Part shown: positions 8,254-17,088 of the stretch, piece after piece | How the letters are laid out: each line of letters opens with the position of its first letter | Position numbering within the stretch: position 1 is the stretch's first letter | NCBI GenBank assembly: GCA_045863855.1 | Contig: BTVV01000056.1 | Location: 1-37,602 of the forward strand | Origin: Planctomycetota bacterium | GTDB lineage: Bacteria > Planctomycetota > SZUA-567 > H5-PLA8 | Length of the DNA stretch: 37,602 nucleotides | Reading direction: 5' to 3' | Notes under the pieces: generated by a model | The model's database searches: none | Told to the model about the DNA's origin: nothing | The model's input: only the letters and a program-made list of their open reading frames with translations | Made by a program: the position numbers and the translations under genes

Positions 8254-10137
8254 TCAGCCGTTGACGCGTTTCACGGCCGAGGCGTCGTCATACGCTTTGA
8301 GTTTAAGGACGAGGGTGCTTCGGGCGATGCCCAGCATGCGCGCGGCTTCGGTTTTGTTGCCATGGCAGCGCTGGAGCACCTGGAGGATGTGGCGGCGTTC
8401 GACTTCGGCAAGCGAATCGTCCCCGAGCGGAATGGTATCGGCTTCGGAGACGGGGAGGCTGAGATCGTCGGGGGTGATCTCGGTACCGGCGGAAAAAATG
8501 ATGGCTTGTTCGAGGATGCCCAGCAGTTCGCGGACGTTGCCGGGCCAAGCATAGGATAAGAGCTTGGCTTCGGCCGCCGGCGACAGCGTGCGCCGCCCGC
8601 CGCCGAGCGTCTGCATAAAATGGCGCGACAGCGCGCGAATGTCTTCGGGACGCTCGCGCAACGGGGGGACGTCGAGGATGACGGTGGAGATGCGGAAGAA
8701 GAGGTCTTCCCTAAAGGTCTTCTCCTTGCACGCCTCGCGTAGATCCTTGTTGGTGGCGGTAACGAGCCGGACGCTGACGGGAATTTCGGTATCGCTGCCG
8801 ACGGGGCGGATCTTCTTTTCCTGAATCGCGCGGAGCAGCTTGGTCTGGAGCGCGTAATCGAGATCGCCGATTTCGTCGAGGAAGAGGGTGCCGCCGTCGG
8901 CCTCCAGGAAGGCGCCGCTGCGGTCGGCGTTCGCGCCGGAGAACGAGCCCTTCTTGTGCCCGAACATCTCGGATTCGAAGAGATTCTCGGGGATGGCGGC
9001 GCAATTCCGGGCGACGACGGGCTTGGCCTCGCGCGGCGACTGCTTATGGATGAGACGGGCGATGTGTTCCTTGCCGGAACCGCTTTCGCCAAGGATGAGG
9101 ACGTTGGCCTCGCTGGCGGCGGCTTTGCGGACGCGTTCGAGCAGCAGGACCATGGGCGGCGATTCGGCGATCACTTCGGCGTCGCGTACGGCGGAACGCT
9201 TGAGTTCGGCGACTTCCATTTGCAGGCGCCGGCCCATCTCGATGTTTTCGTACAGCAGACTATAGGTCTGCCCGAGCCAGACGAGCAGTTCGGTGTCGCG
9301 CACGGAGAATTCGGATTCGCGTTCCTGGTTATCGACATAGAGCAGATGGCGCAGTTCGCCGCCGCTGTCGAAAACGGGGGTGCAGGCGATGGCGGTGATC
9401 CTGTTCTTCGCGATGCTCTTGCTGAGCATGATCTTGGAATCGGCGTCGCTCTTGCGGCCGATCGAGACGGCCCGGCGCCCATCGACGATCTGTTTGAGCA
9501 CGGAGGTGGAGATCAGCTCGGCAATGGGGGCATGGGCGTCCATGCCTTGGGTGCCGACGACGACGAGGTTTTCGGCGTCTTCGAAGCGCGCGATCAGCCC
9601 GCGCTGGGCGCCCAGGCGCTGGCAGGCCATCTCGAGGACCATGCGCGTAAGGCTCTCCAGGTCTTCGGCGCGGTGCAGGAGCGAGACGAGCTGGGCGAGC
9701 AGGCGCGAGGGCGAGTCGATCATCGCGCTGCTGCGCGATGCGAGCTGGTGCGTCTCTTCTTCGGTGAGCCCAGTGGCGGCCGGCGCGGCGGGGGCCGGCG
9801 TTCCGTATCCTTTCAGCATGGAGCGGGCGTCGAAGAGGTTCATCCCCTCGTGCGTGCGAACGACGGTGAAATTGGTTTCGCCGATGTCGAAGCTGGAGCC
9901 GTCGGCGAGTTCGGCGTCGTCGACGACTTGTCCATCGAGACTGATGGCCATGCGCCCTTTGGTTCGGCGCAGGCGCAAGGACCCGTTTTCGAGCAGGATC
10001 TCGGCGTGTTCGCCGGAGATACGCTTATCGGCAACCAGAATTTCGCACGGCGGATGTCGGCCGATCCTCCAGCGGTTGCCGTCCTTAAGCGCGTAGGACG
10101 TGCTGATACCGTCCTTGAGTATATGAAGTGCAAACAT
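8254..10137 (-). CDS. Sigma54-dependent enhancer-binding protein, FHA-GAF-AAA+-Fis HTH
   Basis: FHA (IGRH...ISGEHAEI), GAF-like middle, GESGSGKE, ESEMFGHKKGSFSGA, TLFLDEIGD, FREDLFFRI, WPGNVREL and GNKTEAARMLGIARSTL. The start is uncertain (10137 or up to 10185). Confidence 0.93.
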   Translation of the reverse strand: MFALHILKDGISTSYALKDGNRWRIGRHPPCEILVADKRISGEHAEILLENGSLRLRRTKGRMAISLDGQVVDDAELADGSSFDIGETNFTVVRTHEGMNLFDARSMLKGYGTPAPAAPAATGLTEEETHQLASRSSAMIDSPSRLLAQLVSLLHRAEDLESLTRMVLEMACQRLGAQRGLIARFEDAENLVVVGTQGMDAHAPIAELISTSVLKQIVDGRRAVSIGRKSDADSKIMLSKSIAKNRITAIACTPVFDSGGELRHLLYVDNQERESEFSVRDTELLVWLGQTYSLLYENIEMGRRLQMEVAELKRSAVRDAEVIAESPPMVLLLERVRKAAASEANVLILGESGSGKEHIARLIHKQSPREAKPVVARNCAAIPENLFESEMFGHKKGSFSGANADRSGAFLEADGGTLFLDEIGDLDYALQTKLLRAIQEKKIRPVGSDTEIPVSVRLVTATNKDLREACKEKTFREDLFFRISTVILDVPPLRERPEDIRALSRHFMQTLGGGRRTLSPAAEAKLLSYAWPGNVRELLGILEQAIIFSAGTEITPDDLSLPVSEADTIPLGDDSLAEVERRHILQVLQRCHGNKTEAARMLGIARSTLVLKLKAYDDASAVKRVNG

Positions 10138-10312
10138 AGAAGCGGCGGCCCCGGCCATTACTATCCGCAATGGCGGCATACGCATCCTATGCCGAACGGG
10201 ATCAAACGCTAGCGAACGGTGGCCGGAAAATAGTTCGGCGCTTCCGGGGTGAGCGGAAGCGCTCGGGAAGGCGCTACGCAGAGATAAGGCTCTCGCGCCT
10301 CGTTTCGATAGG

Positions 10313-10633
10313 TTACGGCGCCGGCTGTTCGGATACCTCCGCTCCGGCCCCCGGCGCGGCTTCGGATTCGGAGCGGACCTTCTTCTCGAGCATCGCGATC
10401 ACCACCGTGTCAGGTACCTCAGCCTGTTTGAGACGGATGATGTCGTCGGCGCTGAGTGCAAAGGTGCCGGGGGTTTTCAGGACGGCTTCCAGCATTTCGT
10501 TTTCGCTTGCCCCCTTCTGTGCCATGGTGGCCACGGCTTGCGGGTCGGCTGCCTGGCTGGACCAGACTAGGAAGGTTAGTCCCGCCATCAGGATCGCTCC
10601 GGCGAGCAGGAGCGCTTGCATGCCGCGTTTCAT
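10313..10633 (-). CDS. Small exported helical protein, paralogous to the N-terminal domain of the upstream gene
   Basis: Signal peptide followed by GASENEMLEAV...LSADDIIRLKQAEVPDTVVIAML. RBS AAGGAAG. Confidence 0.8.
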   Translation of the reverse strand: MKRGMQALLLAGAILMAGLTFLVWSSQAADPQAVATMAQKGASENEMLEAVLKTPGTFALSADDIIRLKQAEVPDTVVIAMLEKKVRSESEAAPGAGAEVSEQPAP

Positions 10634-10658
10634 TCGAATTCTTCCTTTGCTCGTTCCG

Positions 10659-10687
10659 GCGCCGGGCGGTCTTTTCCCGCCCGGCGC
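10659..10687. repeat. 11-bp perfect GC-rich hairpin just after the stop of the DUF6600-like gene
   Basis: GCGCCGGGCGG-TCTTTTC-CCGCCCGGCGC, with no U-tract on the minus strand. Confidence 0.7.
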
Positions 10688-10696
10688 ATGGTGCGG

Positions 10697-12484
10697 TTAG
10701 CGCCGCTGGCCTTTCCTCTGGACCGGCTTACCCTGTACGTCGCCCGCTTCCCGTTCTTGCGACTTTTGGACGGCTTCTTGGCGGCGGCGTTCGGCCTGCT
10801 GCTGGCGCTGTTGCTGCGCCCCCTGGCGTTCACTCTGACGCCGTGCGGCTTCTTGCCTGCGCTCTTGCGCGGCTTCCTGACGCCGTTCGGACGCATCCTC
10901 GCGGCGCTCCTGGACGCCCTCACGCTTTTTCTCGCGCTGGCGCTTGAGTTGATCCAGGCGTTCCTGTTGTGCGCTTTCGCGCTGCGCCGCGTCCTCGCGG
11001 CGTTCTTGCGCGGCTTCCTGACGCCGTTCGGACGCATCCTCGCGGCGCTCCTGGACGCCCTCACGCTTTTTCTCGCGCTGGCGCTTGAGTTGATCCAGGC
11101 GTTCCTGTTGTGCGCTTTCGCGCTGCGCCGCGTCCTCGCGGCGTTCTTGCGCGGCTTCCTGACGCCGTTCGGACGCATCCTCGCGGCGGTCTTGCACCGC
11201 TTCCTCCTGGCGCTCACGGGCGTTTTCACGGCGATCCTGAACGCGCTCGCGGCGTTCCTTCGAGGCATCGAGGCGTTGAGCCGCTCGCGCTTCACGCCGT
11301 TCGGCGGCACGGGTGCGGTACGTGGCCGCGGCGGCGGCCGGTTCCTGCCGGGCCCCTTCGCGGACCACCGGCCGGAAGACCTCGATGCGATTCTGCTCGC
11401 GCCGTTCGGCCCGTGTCAGGGCCTGGCCTTCGGAAGCGCTCATGGTGGTGACCTGCACGGTCTCGATGTTGGCCCGCGTTCTGCGGCGCACGTTATCGAC
11501 GGGGATGCCGCGATTGATCACGCGGTTGTCGTTGTAGACGTAGGTGTTGTTTACTACCGTGGTGCGGTTGTAGACGTTGGTCACGTTTCGCCGCGGGACG
11601 CGATGGCGGTGGTAGTCGCGTTCCAGGAAGGCTCCGGCCGGGACGAAGGTGTAGGCGTCGGACGCCAAACCGAAACCGAGCCCGACGCGGACGTCGCCGC
11701 TGCCGAAGGTGATCCCCACCCCGGCTCGGAAGTGCGCTTCCGGTGGGAGCGGCGCCCAGCCGTAGTATTCGTCGGAATGCCGCCAGTCGACCCATGCCGG
11801 GCCCCAGGTCGTACCCGGGATCCAGACCCAGCCGTGGTGATGGTGGCGGTGCCAGCGGCCGTAATGGAAGGCGGCCCAGCCCCACGGGTAACTGCTTTCC
11901 CAGTACCAGCCGTGGTCGGTCCAGACCCAATGGCCGTCGTTGCAGTAGGGCTGCCAGTCGGTGACGGTGATCGCGACGTTGGGCCGCCATGCATAGCCGT
12001 AGCCGTCGATGCGATGCCAGTTCCCGTACGGCGAGAGCGAGCCGTAGAAGAAGCTGACGTCCATCTCGCCGCCCGGCGGTACGTACGAGACGGCGGCGGA
12101 TACGGAGACGTCGTCGTTGTAAACCGGCGGCGGAACCTGCGGCTGCGGTTCGGCGCCGCGAGTCATGACCGTCTCTTCGGGGCTGGACGCCGCGTTTCGG
12201 AGTTCGCCTTGGCTTGCGGCGGCCGATCGAGCGTCCGCCTTTTCGCCGCGTTCGATCATGGCGACGATCACCGAGGCCGAAACGCCGGCCTGTTCGAGCC
12301 GTTCGATCTCTTGGGAGGTTGGATCGTAGGCAATGGAGGAGTTCTGGACGTATGCGAGCTGTACGTCGTCGCTGACGCCGGCCTCCTCCAGTTTCACGAT
12401 CTCGTCGACGCCTTCGGAAGCGAACGCGCTTCCGGCGCCCACGATCAGCAACAAGGGCCAAGCCCAAGGGGTTGGTCTACGCAT
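10697..12484 (-). CDS. Exported DUF6600-like Trp/Gly-rich protein with a charged coiled-coil tail
   Basis: Signal peptide, FYGSLSPYGNW...YAWRP...WQPYCNDGHWVWTDHGWYWESSYPWGWAAFHYGRW...GWVWIPG...WGPAWV...GWAPLPP, and an R/E/Q-rich C-terminus. ATG at 12484 follows AAGGAGA. Confidence 0.82.
   Translation of the reverse strand: MRRPTPWAWPLLLIVGAGSAFASEGVDEIVKLEEAGVSDDVQLAYVQNSSIAYDPTSQEIERLEQAGVSASVIVAMIERGEKADARSAAASQGELRNAASSPEETVMTRGAEPQPQVPPPVYNDDVSVSAAVSYVPPGGEMDVSFFYGSLSPYGNWHRIDGYGYAWRPNVAITVTDWQPYCNDGHWVWTDHGWYWESSYPWGWAAFHYGRWHRHHHHGWVWIPGTTWGPAWVDWRHSDEYYGWAPLPPEAHFRAGVGITFGSGDVRVGLGFGLASDAYTFVPAGAFLERDYHRHRVPRRNVTNVYNRTTVVNNTYVYNDNRVINRGIPVDNVRRRTRANIETVQVTTMSASEGQALTRAERREQNRIEVFRPVVREGARQEPAAAAATYRTRAAERREARAAQRLDASKERRERVQDRRENARERQEEAVQDRREDASERRQEAAQERREDAAQRESAQQERLDQLKRQREKKREGVQERREDASERRQEAAQERREDAAQRESAQQERLDQLKRQREKKREGVQERREDASERRQEAAQERRQEAARRQSERQGAQQQRQQQAERRRQEAVQKSQEREAGDVQGKPVQRKGQRR
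10863..11188. repeat. Intragenic tandem repeat, 141-bp unit, about 2.3 copies
   Basis: TCTTGCGCGGCTTCCTGACGCCG starts at 10863, 11004 and 11145. The copies appear identical and give a 47-aa in-frame repeat. Confidence 0.93.
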
Positions 12485-12557
12485 TTGGGCATCTCCTTTA
12501 CTCGGGTCCCACTGCAAAAGGTGCTGCCAGACATCGAGCACTGTCGATGAGGTACGA

Positions 12558-12573
12558 GGCAAGGTTGGGGCCA
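12558..12573 (-). promoter_or_regulatory. Candidate sigma54 (-24/-12) promoter of the DUF6600-like gene
   Basis: Minus strand TGGCCCCAACCTTGCC has GG-N10-GC spacing with a canonical TTGC, about 75 nt upstream of the ATG. Confidence 0.55.
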
Positions 12574-12790
12574 AGCACAAAAAGTTCTGGTAAGCGGTTG
12601 GCGTGTTTGGAGTAAGACGCAATTCGGCGGGTTCGGCACCTGCTTGTGCAAACGACCGAAAATCGGAGGGTCGACCGAAACCTACCCACGCGCAGTCGGT
12701 TTAGGCTGCTCAGCGCCGGATTCCATTTGGACTGTGGGCTCTTTCGACAGCAGTGTGGTGGCGTTGGATGCGGCAACGCCGGGAAAGGTT

Positions 12791-13015
12791 CCCGCGCGAA
12801 AGGGTTTTCTCGTGGTGAAGAACGCGACCCATTTCGAATGGACGAACTTGGTCACGCTGGGCATGACGACGGTGCAAGCGATCAAGCAGGGAAACCCGAA
12901 GTGGATCGAGGAGTACAATGTGGCGTTCTTCGACCGGCACCTTAAAGGCGAGGGCGCCAAACTGCTGAGTCAGGCGAATGCCGAAATGGCCTCGTACGAG
13001 TTCGATTTACCTTGA
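12791..13015 (+). pseudogene. 3' remnant of an alpha/beta-hydrolase gene
   Basis: KGFLVVKNATHFEWTNL...IEEYNVAFFDRHLKGE resembles the catalytic-His loop and last helix of PAF-AH/dienelactone-type hydrolases. No nucleophile motif or credible start is present upstream. Confidence 0.6.
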
Positions 13016-13214
13016 GCGATGAAGCATTCATAAAGAAGGGAAGGCTGCGTGGGAAGCCATGCGGCCGTTTTATTTGTGCTGCACATGCGCAGGAATTTGG
13101 GGATTGAGGTTCCTATTTTGAGCTGCCCTAGGCCTGACTATTGCATAAGGTGCAGGAATCATTGAGTATGGTCGTCTTACGGCTGTATGGCTATAGCTTT
13201 GAGGAGTGCGGGGC

Positions 13215-15584
13215 ATGAGTGACGAACCGACCCGTCCCAAGGGTCCGCAACTGCCGACGGCTTGGCTGCCGCCTACGATGGTGCCCGGAACGGGAGGTCC
13301 GCAACCGCCGACTCGGCCGGCGGTACCACCTCCGCCGTTGCCGCCCACGGTCACAAATCGGCCGGATGCGCCGCTGCCGCCGACGGTCGCGCGCGGGGAA
13401 CCGCATGCGCCTTCGACGAAGGTGGAAATGCCGCGTGGCGCGCAGATGACGATTGCCGGCGTTCCGGCCAGCGGCGCGGACGCGGTAGCCTTGAGCACTT
13501 CGGGCCCTGAGGTTCAGGATCTGACGCGCGACCCGCTGATTTCCAACGCGCCGCGCATGGTGTACCAGAACAAACCGGTGCCGAGCTTGGGCGGCATCCC
13601 CCTGCTTTCGAAGCTGGGGCAAGGCGGGATGGGCGCCGTCTATTACGGGATTCATCCGCGGCTGGAATGCGAAGTCGCGGTCAAAGTGCTGCCGTTCCAT
13701 TTGGCGCAGCGCGATCCGTTGATGATTCAGCGTTTTTTCCGCGAAGCTCGGCTGGCGGCGAAGATTCGTTCGCCGCATCTGGTCATGGTCACGGACGTAA
13801 ACGAAGACGCGGAATTGACGTACCTAGTGATGGAGTACGTGCGCGCGAAATCGGCGGGCGGTTACTTAAAGGAATGCATGGCGCAGGGTGCGGTGGGTCT
13901 GCCCGAAAGCATGGCGCTGGACTTGGTGCTCGCGGCGACGGAAGGCTTGGCCGCGGCACACGCGGAGAACGTGATTCACCGTGACGTGAAGCCGGACAAC
14001 ATCCTGATCCCGCTGCGCAAAGAAGACGGCCAGCCGGATATTACGGCGGCGAAACTCTCCGATCTGGGCTTGGCTTCGAGCGATCAGGCCGGCGGGAGCA
14101 CACTGACGGGCCAGCAGGCCTGCATGGGAACTCCGGGCTACATGTCGCCCGAACAGAGCATGGACGCCAAGACCGCCGGAAAGCCCTCGGACATCTTCAG
14201 CATGGGCGCGACGCTGTATGCGCTGCTGGTGGGGCAAGCTCCGTTCGGCGGGACGACGTTGATGCAGATTCTGATGGCGACGGCGCAGGAAGCCCATTAT
14301 CCGGTTCGCAACCTGCGGCCCGACGTGTCCGCTCCGACACTGGCGTTGATGGAGAAGTGCCTGGCGAAGGATCCGCACCAGCGCTACCCCGATGCTCAGG
14401 CGCTTCTGAAGGCATTGCGCTCGTGCCGCGAAGGCTTGGCGACGATCGTTCCGGGTGCGGTCTCGGCGGCGACAGGCTTCGAGCCGACGCTGATGGCCGG
14501 TCCTTCGGGTGCGCGCCCGGTGCATCCGCAGCCGGACCTGCCCCTGACGCCGGCCCCGGCTCAGGCGCCTCGCGGTCTGCGCCGGTCGGGTGCGCAAGCG
14601 ACGCCGAATCAGGCGCCTGCCGGCGGGCCCACGCTGGCGCAGTTGGGCGCGGGCGCATCGCCGAAAGGCCGCCCCGAACCGCGCCGCGCCCCGCCGGCGA
14701 AGACGGGAGCTTCCTTGGGGTTGGTGGCGCTGGCCGGCGGCGTCGTGCTGCTGGGCGGCGCGGGGTGGCTGTTGCTGCGCGGCGGGCAGGAGGAACCGCC
14801 ACGCGCGCAAGAATCGGCCACGCTCGAGGCCGAACGTCCGAAGCTGCCGCGCGAACGGATCGCCGAACGGATCGAAGCGAAGCGCGAAGCGCATCTAGCG
14901 ATGCTGGCAGCGGAACAGACGGCGGAAGCCAAGTCCGAGGCGGTGACGGCTCAACCGGCGGCTAAGACGGAAGTCGCACCTACGGAGCCCGCCGAACCCA
15001 AGGAACCGGTCGAACGGGAACTGACGCTCGAAGAACGCGTGGCGTTGAACGATAAGAAGTACGAGTTCAACAGCAAAATTAAGGACGGTAACGCCTTCCT
15101 GGGGCGCAACGATCCGCGAAAGGCGAAGAATGCCTTCGAAGCGGCAATCGCGGCATATCCTGAAGCGCCGAATATCCAGGAAGCGCGAGACGGCTTGGCT
15201 CAAGCCGTGGAGCAGATTAAACTGCTGCCTCCGGAAGAGGAACCCAAGCCCAAGCCGCCGGCAACGACGGCGATTACCACCAGCGCAGCGGCTTCGGGGA
15301 GTCCGACGGGAAGTCCCAGCGGACCCGCAGTGCAGGTTCCGCCTAACTCTCCGCCACAGGGTCAGCCGGTCCAAGGCACCACGGCACAAGGACCGTATCC
15401 ACCCCCGCCGCAGCAGGAAGGATCGAGCGGGGGCACGTCCTATCCACCGCTTCCTCCGCCGGGCGCTCCCTATCCGCCGCCCGGTGGTCAGACGGGCACC
15501 GGCACGAGCGGGAATCGCCCGCCACCTCCAAGCGGAACGGGGAGTGGCGGCAGCGGAACGCGGCCACCGCCGCCCCGGCGGTAA
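13215..15584 (+). CDS. Transmembrane Ser/Thr protein kinase with Pro-rich termini and a TPR-like external region
   Basis: GQGGMGAVY, VAVK, HRDVKPDN, DLG and GTPGYMSPE motifs, TM segment LGLVALAGGVVLLGGAGWLLL, RBS GAGGAG. Confidence 0.93.
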   Translation: MSDEPTRPKGPQLPTAWLPPTMVPGTGGPQPPTRPAVPPPPLPPTVTNRPDAPLPPTVARGEPHAPSTKVEMPRGAQMTIAGVPASGADAVALSTSGPEVQDLTRDPLISNAPRMVYQNKPVPSLGGIPLLSKLGQGGMGAVYYGIHPRLECEVAVKVLPFHLAQRDPLMIQRFFREARLAAKIRSPHLVMVTDVNEDAELTYLVMEYVRAKSAGGYLKECMAQGAVGLPESMALDLVLAATEGLAAAHAENVIHRDVKPDNILIPLRKEDGQPDITAAKLSDLGLASSDQAGGSTLTGQQACMGTPGYMSPEQSMDAKTAGKPSDIFSMGATLYALLVGQAPFGGTTLMQILMATAQEAHYPVRNLRPDVSAPTLALMEKCLAKDPHQRYPDAQALLKALRSCREGLATIVPGAVSAATGFEPTLMAGPSGARPVHPQPDLPLTPAPAQAPRGLRRSGAQATPNQAPAGGPTLAQLGAGASPKGRPEPRRAPPAKTGASLGLVALAGGVVLLGGAGWLLLRGGQEEPPRAQESATLEAERPKLPRERIAERIEAKREAHLAMLAAEQTAEAKSEAVTAQPAAKTEVAPTEPAEPKEPVERELTLEERVALNDKKYEFNSKIKDGNAFLGRNDPRKAKNAFEAAIAAYPEAPNIQEARDGLAQAVEQIKLLPPEEEPKPKPPATTAITTSAAASGSPTGSPSGPAVQVPPNSPPQGQPVQGTTAQGPYPPPPQQEGSSGGTSYPPLPPPGAPYPPPGGQTGTGTSGNRPPPPSGTGSGGSGTRPPPPRR

Positions 15585-15618
15585 CGCCTCTAAGGTACGC
15601 GGATGCGTTTCCGGGCGT

Positions 15619-16980
15619 TTACGCCGGGCCGGATGTGCCGTGCTGTTTGCGCACAAATTCCAGCGCATCTTCACGAGACGTAAGCGTGCCTTCGAGCTGG
15701 AGGTCTTCGACTTCGGCCAATATGGCGCCGATTCGAGGACCCTTGGGCACGCCCAGCGCCAGCAGATCGTCACCGGTGAGCAGGCGCACCGGACGGAGCG
15801 TTTCGGGAGGCAGTTCGGCGAGCTGTTGCGTGCAGTAGGCATGTGCGCTCAGGTCGCCGCTGCTGGCCGAGCAGTCGATGCGGTGCAGGTCGAGGTGTTC
15901 GTCAAAGTGCGGTTGGCGCAGGAAGCGTTTGAGGCGCGCGGGGCGCATTTTCGGGGCATCTTTAAAGACCATGTGCTGGGCGACGAGTTCGACGATGCGT
16001 TCCGCGGTCTCGTTGGGAAAGCGCAGGCGCCGGAGGAGTTCGGCCGCCATGCGCGCTCCGACTTTCTCGTGCTCGTTAAAGCGGATGCGGTCACTCACTG
16101 TAAAGGTGGGTGGTTTCCCGATGTCGTGGAGCAGCGCGCCCCAAGCGAGGGTAGGCGGAGCGTTGCGGAGCTGTCCCAGTAGCATGAGTGTGTGGGTCCA
16201 GACGTCGCCTTCGGGGTGAAATTCGGGGGGCTGCGAGACGCCGGCGAGCGCATCGACTTCGGGGAGCACCACGGCAAGCAAACCGGTCGATTTGAGGTCT
16301 TCGAAGGCGCGGCGCGGGTTGGGACCGGTGAGCATTTTGGAGAGTTCGTCGCGGATACGCTCGGCCGCCAAGTGGGCGGCTTGCGGCGCGAGGCGGCGGA
16401 CGGCTTCCCGGGTGGCCGGTTCGAGTTCGAAATCGAGCTGCGCGGCGAAGCGTACGGCGCGTAGCAGGCGCAAGCGGTCTTCGGAGAAGCGTTCGTCCGG
16501 GTTGCCGATGGCGCGGACGATCTTCGCCACGAGGTCCGCCCGCCCGCCGACGTAATCGAGCAGTTCGTCCTTAAGCGGATCGAAGAGCAGTCCGTTAACG
16601 GTGAAATCGCGCCGGAGGACATCCTCGCGTTCATCGGTAAAATCGACTTGGCCGGGGTGGCGGCCGTCGGCATAGCCGGATTCGCGCCGGAAGGTGGCGA
16701 CTTCGACCTGGATAGGGGTCTCGCCTTCGGGCGGAGCGTCTTCGACGACCAGGATCACCCCGAAGGCGGCGCCGACCGGGATCGTACGAGGAAATGCACG
16801 TTGGACCTCGGCAGGGTGCGCGGAGGTTGCGACGTCAAAATCCTTGGGGACACGCCCGAGGAGACGGTCACGCACGCAGCCGCCGGCAAATAAGGCTCGG
16901 TGCCCGGAATCGGTCAGACGGCGTACGACCGAAGTGGCAAAGGCTTCGGCTCGTGGTTTGGATTCGGCTTCAATGCTCAC
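15619..16980 (-). CDS. cca: Class II tRNA nucleotidyltransferase (CCA-adding/poly(A) polymerase family) with HD domain
   Basis: GGCVRD...DFDVAT, EVATFR, RRDFTVN, EDRLRLLRAVRF, HPEGDVWTHT and LLHDIGK. The likely start is GTG at 16980; the longer ORF extension is an antisense shadow. Confidence 0.88.
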   Translation of the reverse strand: MSIEAESKPRAEAFATSVVRRLTDSGHRALFAGGCVRDRLLGRVPKDFDVATSAHPAEVQRAFPRTIPVGAAFGVILVVEDAPPEGETPIQVEVATFRRESGYADGRHPGQVDFTDEREDVLRRDFTVNGLLFDPLKDELLDYVGGRADLVAKIVRAIGNPDERFSEDRLRLLRAVRFAAQLDFELEPATREAVRRLAPQAAHLAAERIRDELSKMLTGPNPRRAFEDLKSTGLLAVVLPEVDALAGVSQPPEFHPEGDVWTHTLMLLGQLRNAPPTLAWGALLHDIGKPPTFTVSDRIRFNEHEKVGARMAAELLRRLRFPNETAERIVELVAQHMVFKDAPKMRPARLKRFLRQPHFDEHLDLHRIDCSASSGDLSAHAYCTQQLAELPPETLRPVRLLTGDDLLALGVPKGPRIGAILAEVEDLQLEGTLTSREDALEFVRKQHGTSGPA

Positions 16981-17088
16981 GTGCGTAGCGAGGCGCTCCA
17001 AGTAGTCCGGAATTTGCGTAAGGACTTGGCGCAAATACCTGGGACATTTTATCATTTGGAAGCTGGAAAGGAGATAGGAGAACTCGAC

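Noticed and set aside
10863..11188. Tandem repeat considered as a CRISPR array
   Set aside because: There are no unique spacers, the 141-bp unit is in frame within a CDS, and no cas genes are present.
12513..12529. TGGCAGCACCTTTTGCA as a second sigma54 promoter
   Set aside because: The spacing is GG-N11-GC, whereas sigma54 requires N10.
10616..12550. 644-aa plus-strand ORF with repeated hydrophobic segments that mimic a membrane protein
   Set aside because: It is the antisense shadow of the R/E/Q-rich DUF6600-like gene, which has the RBS, signal peptide and family motifs.
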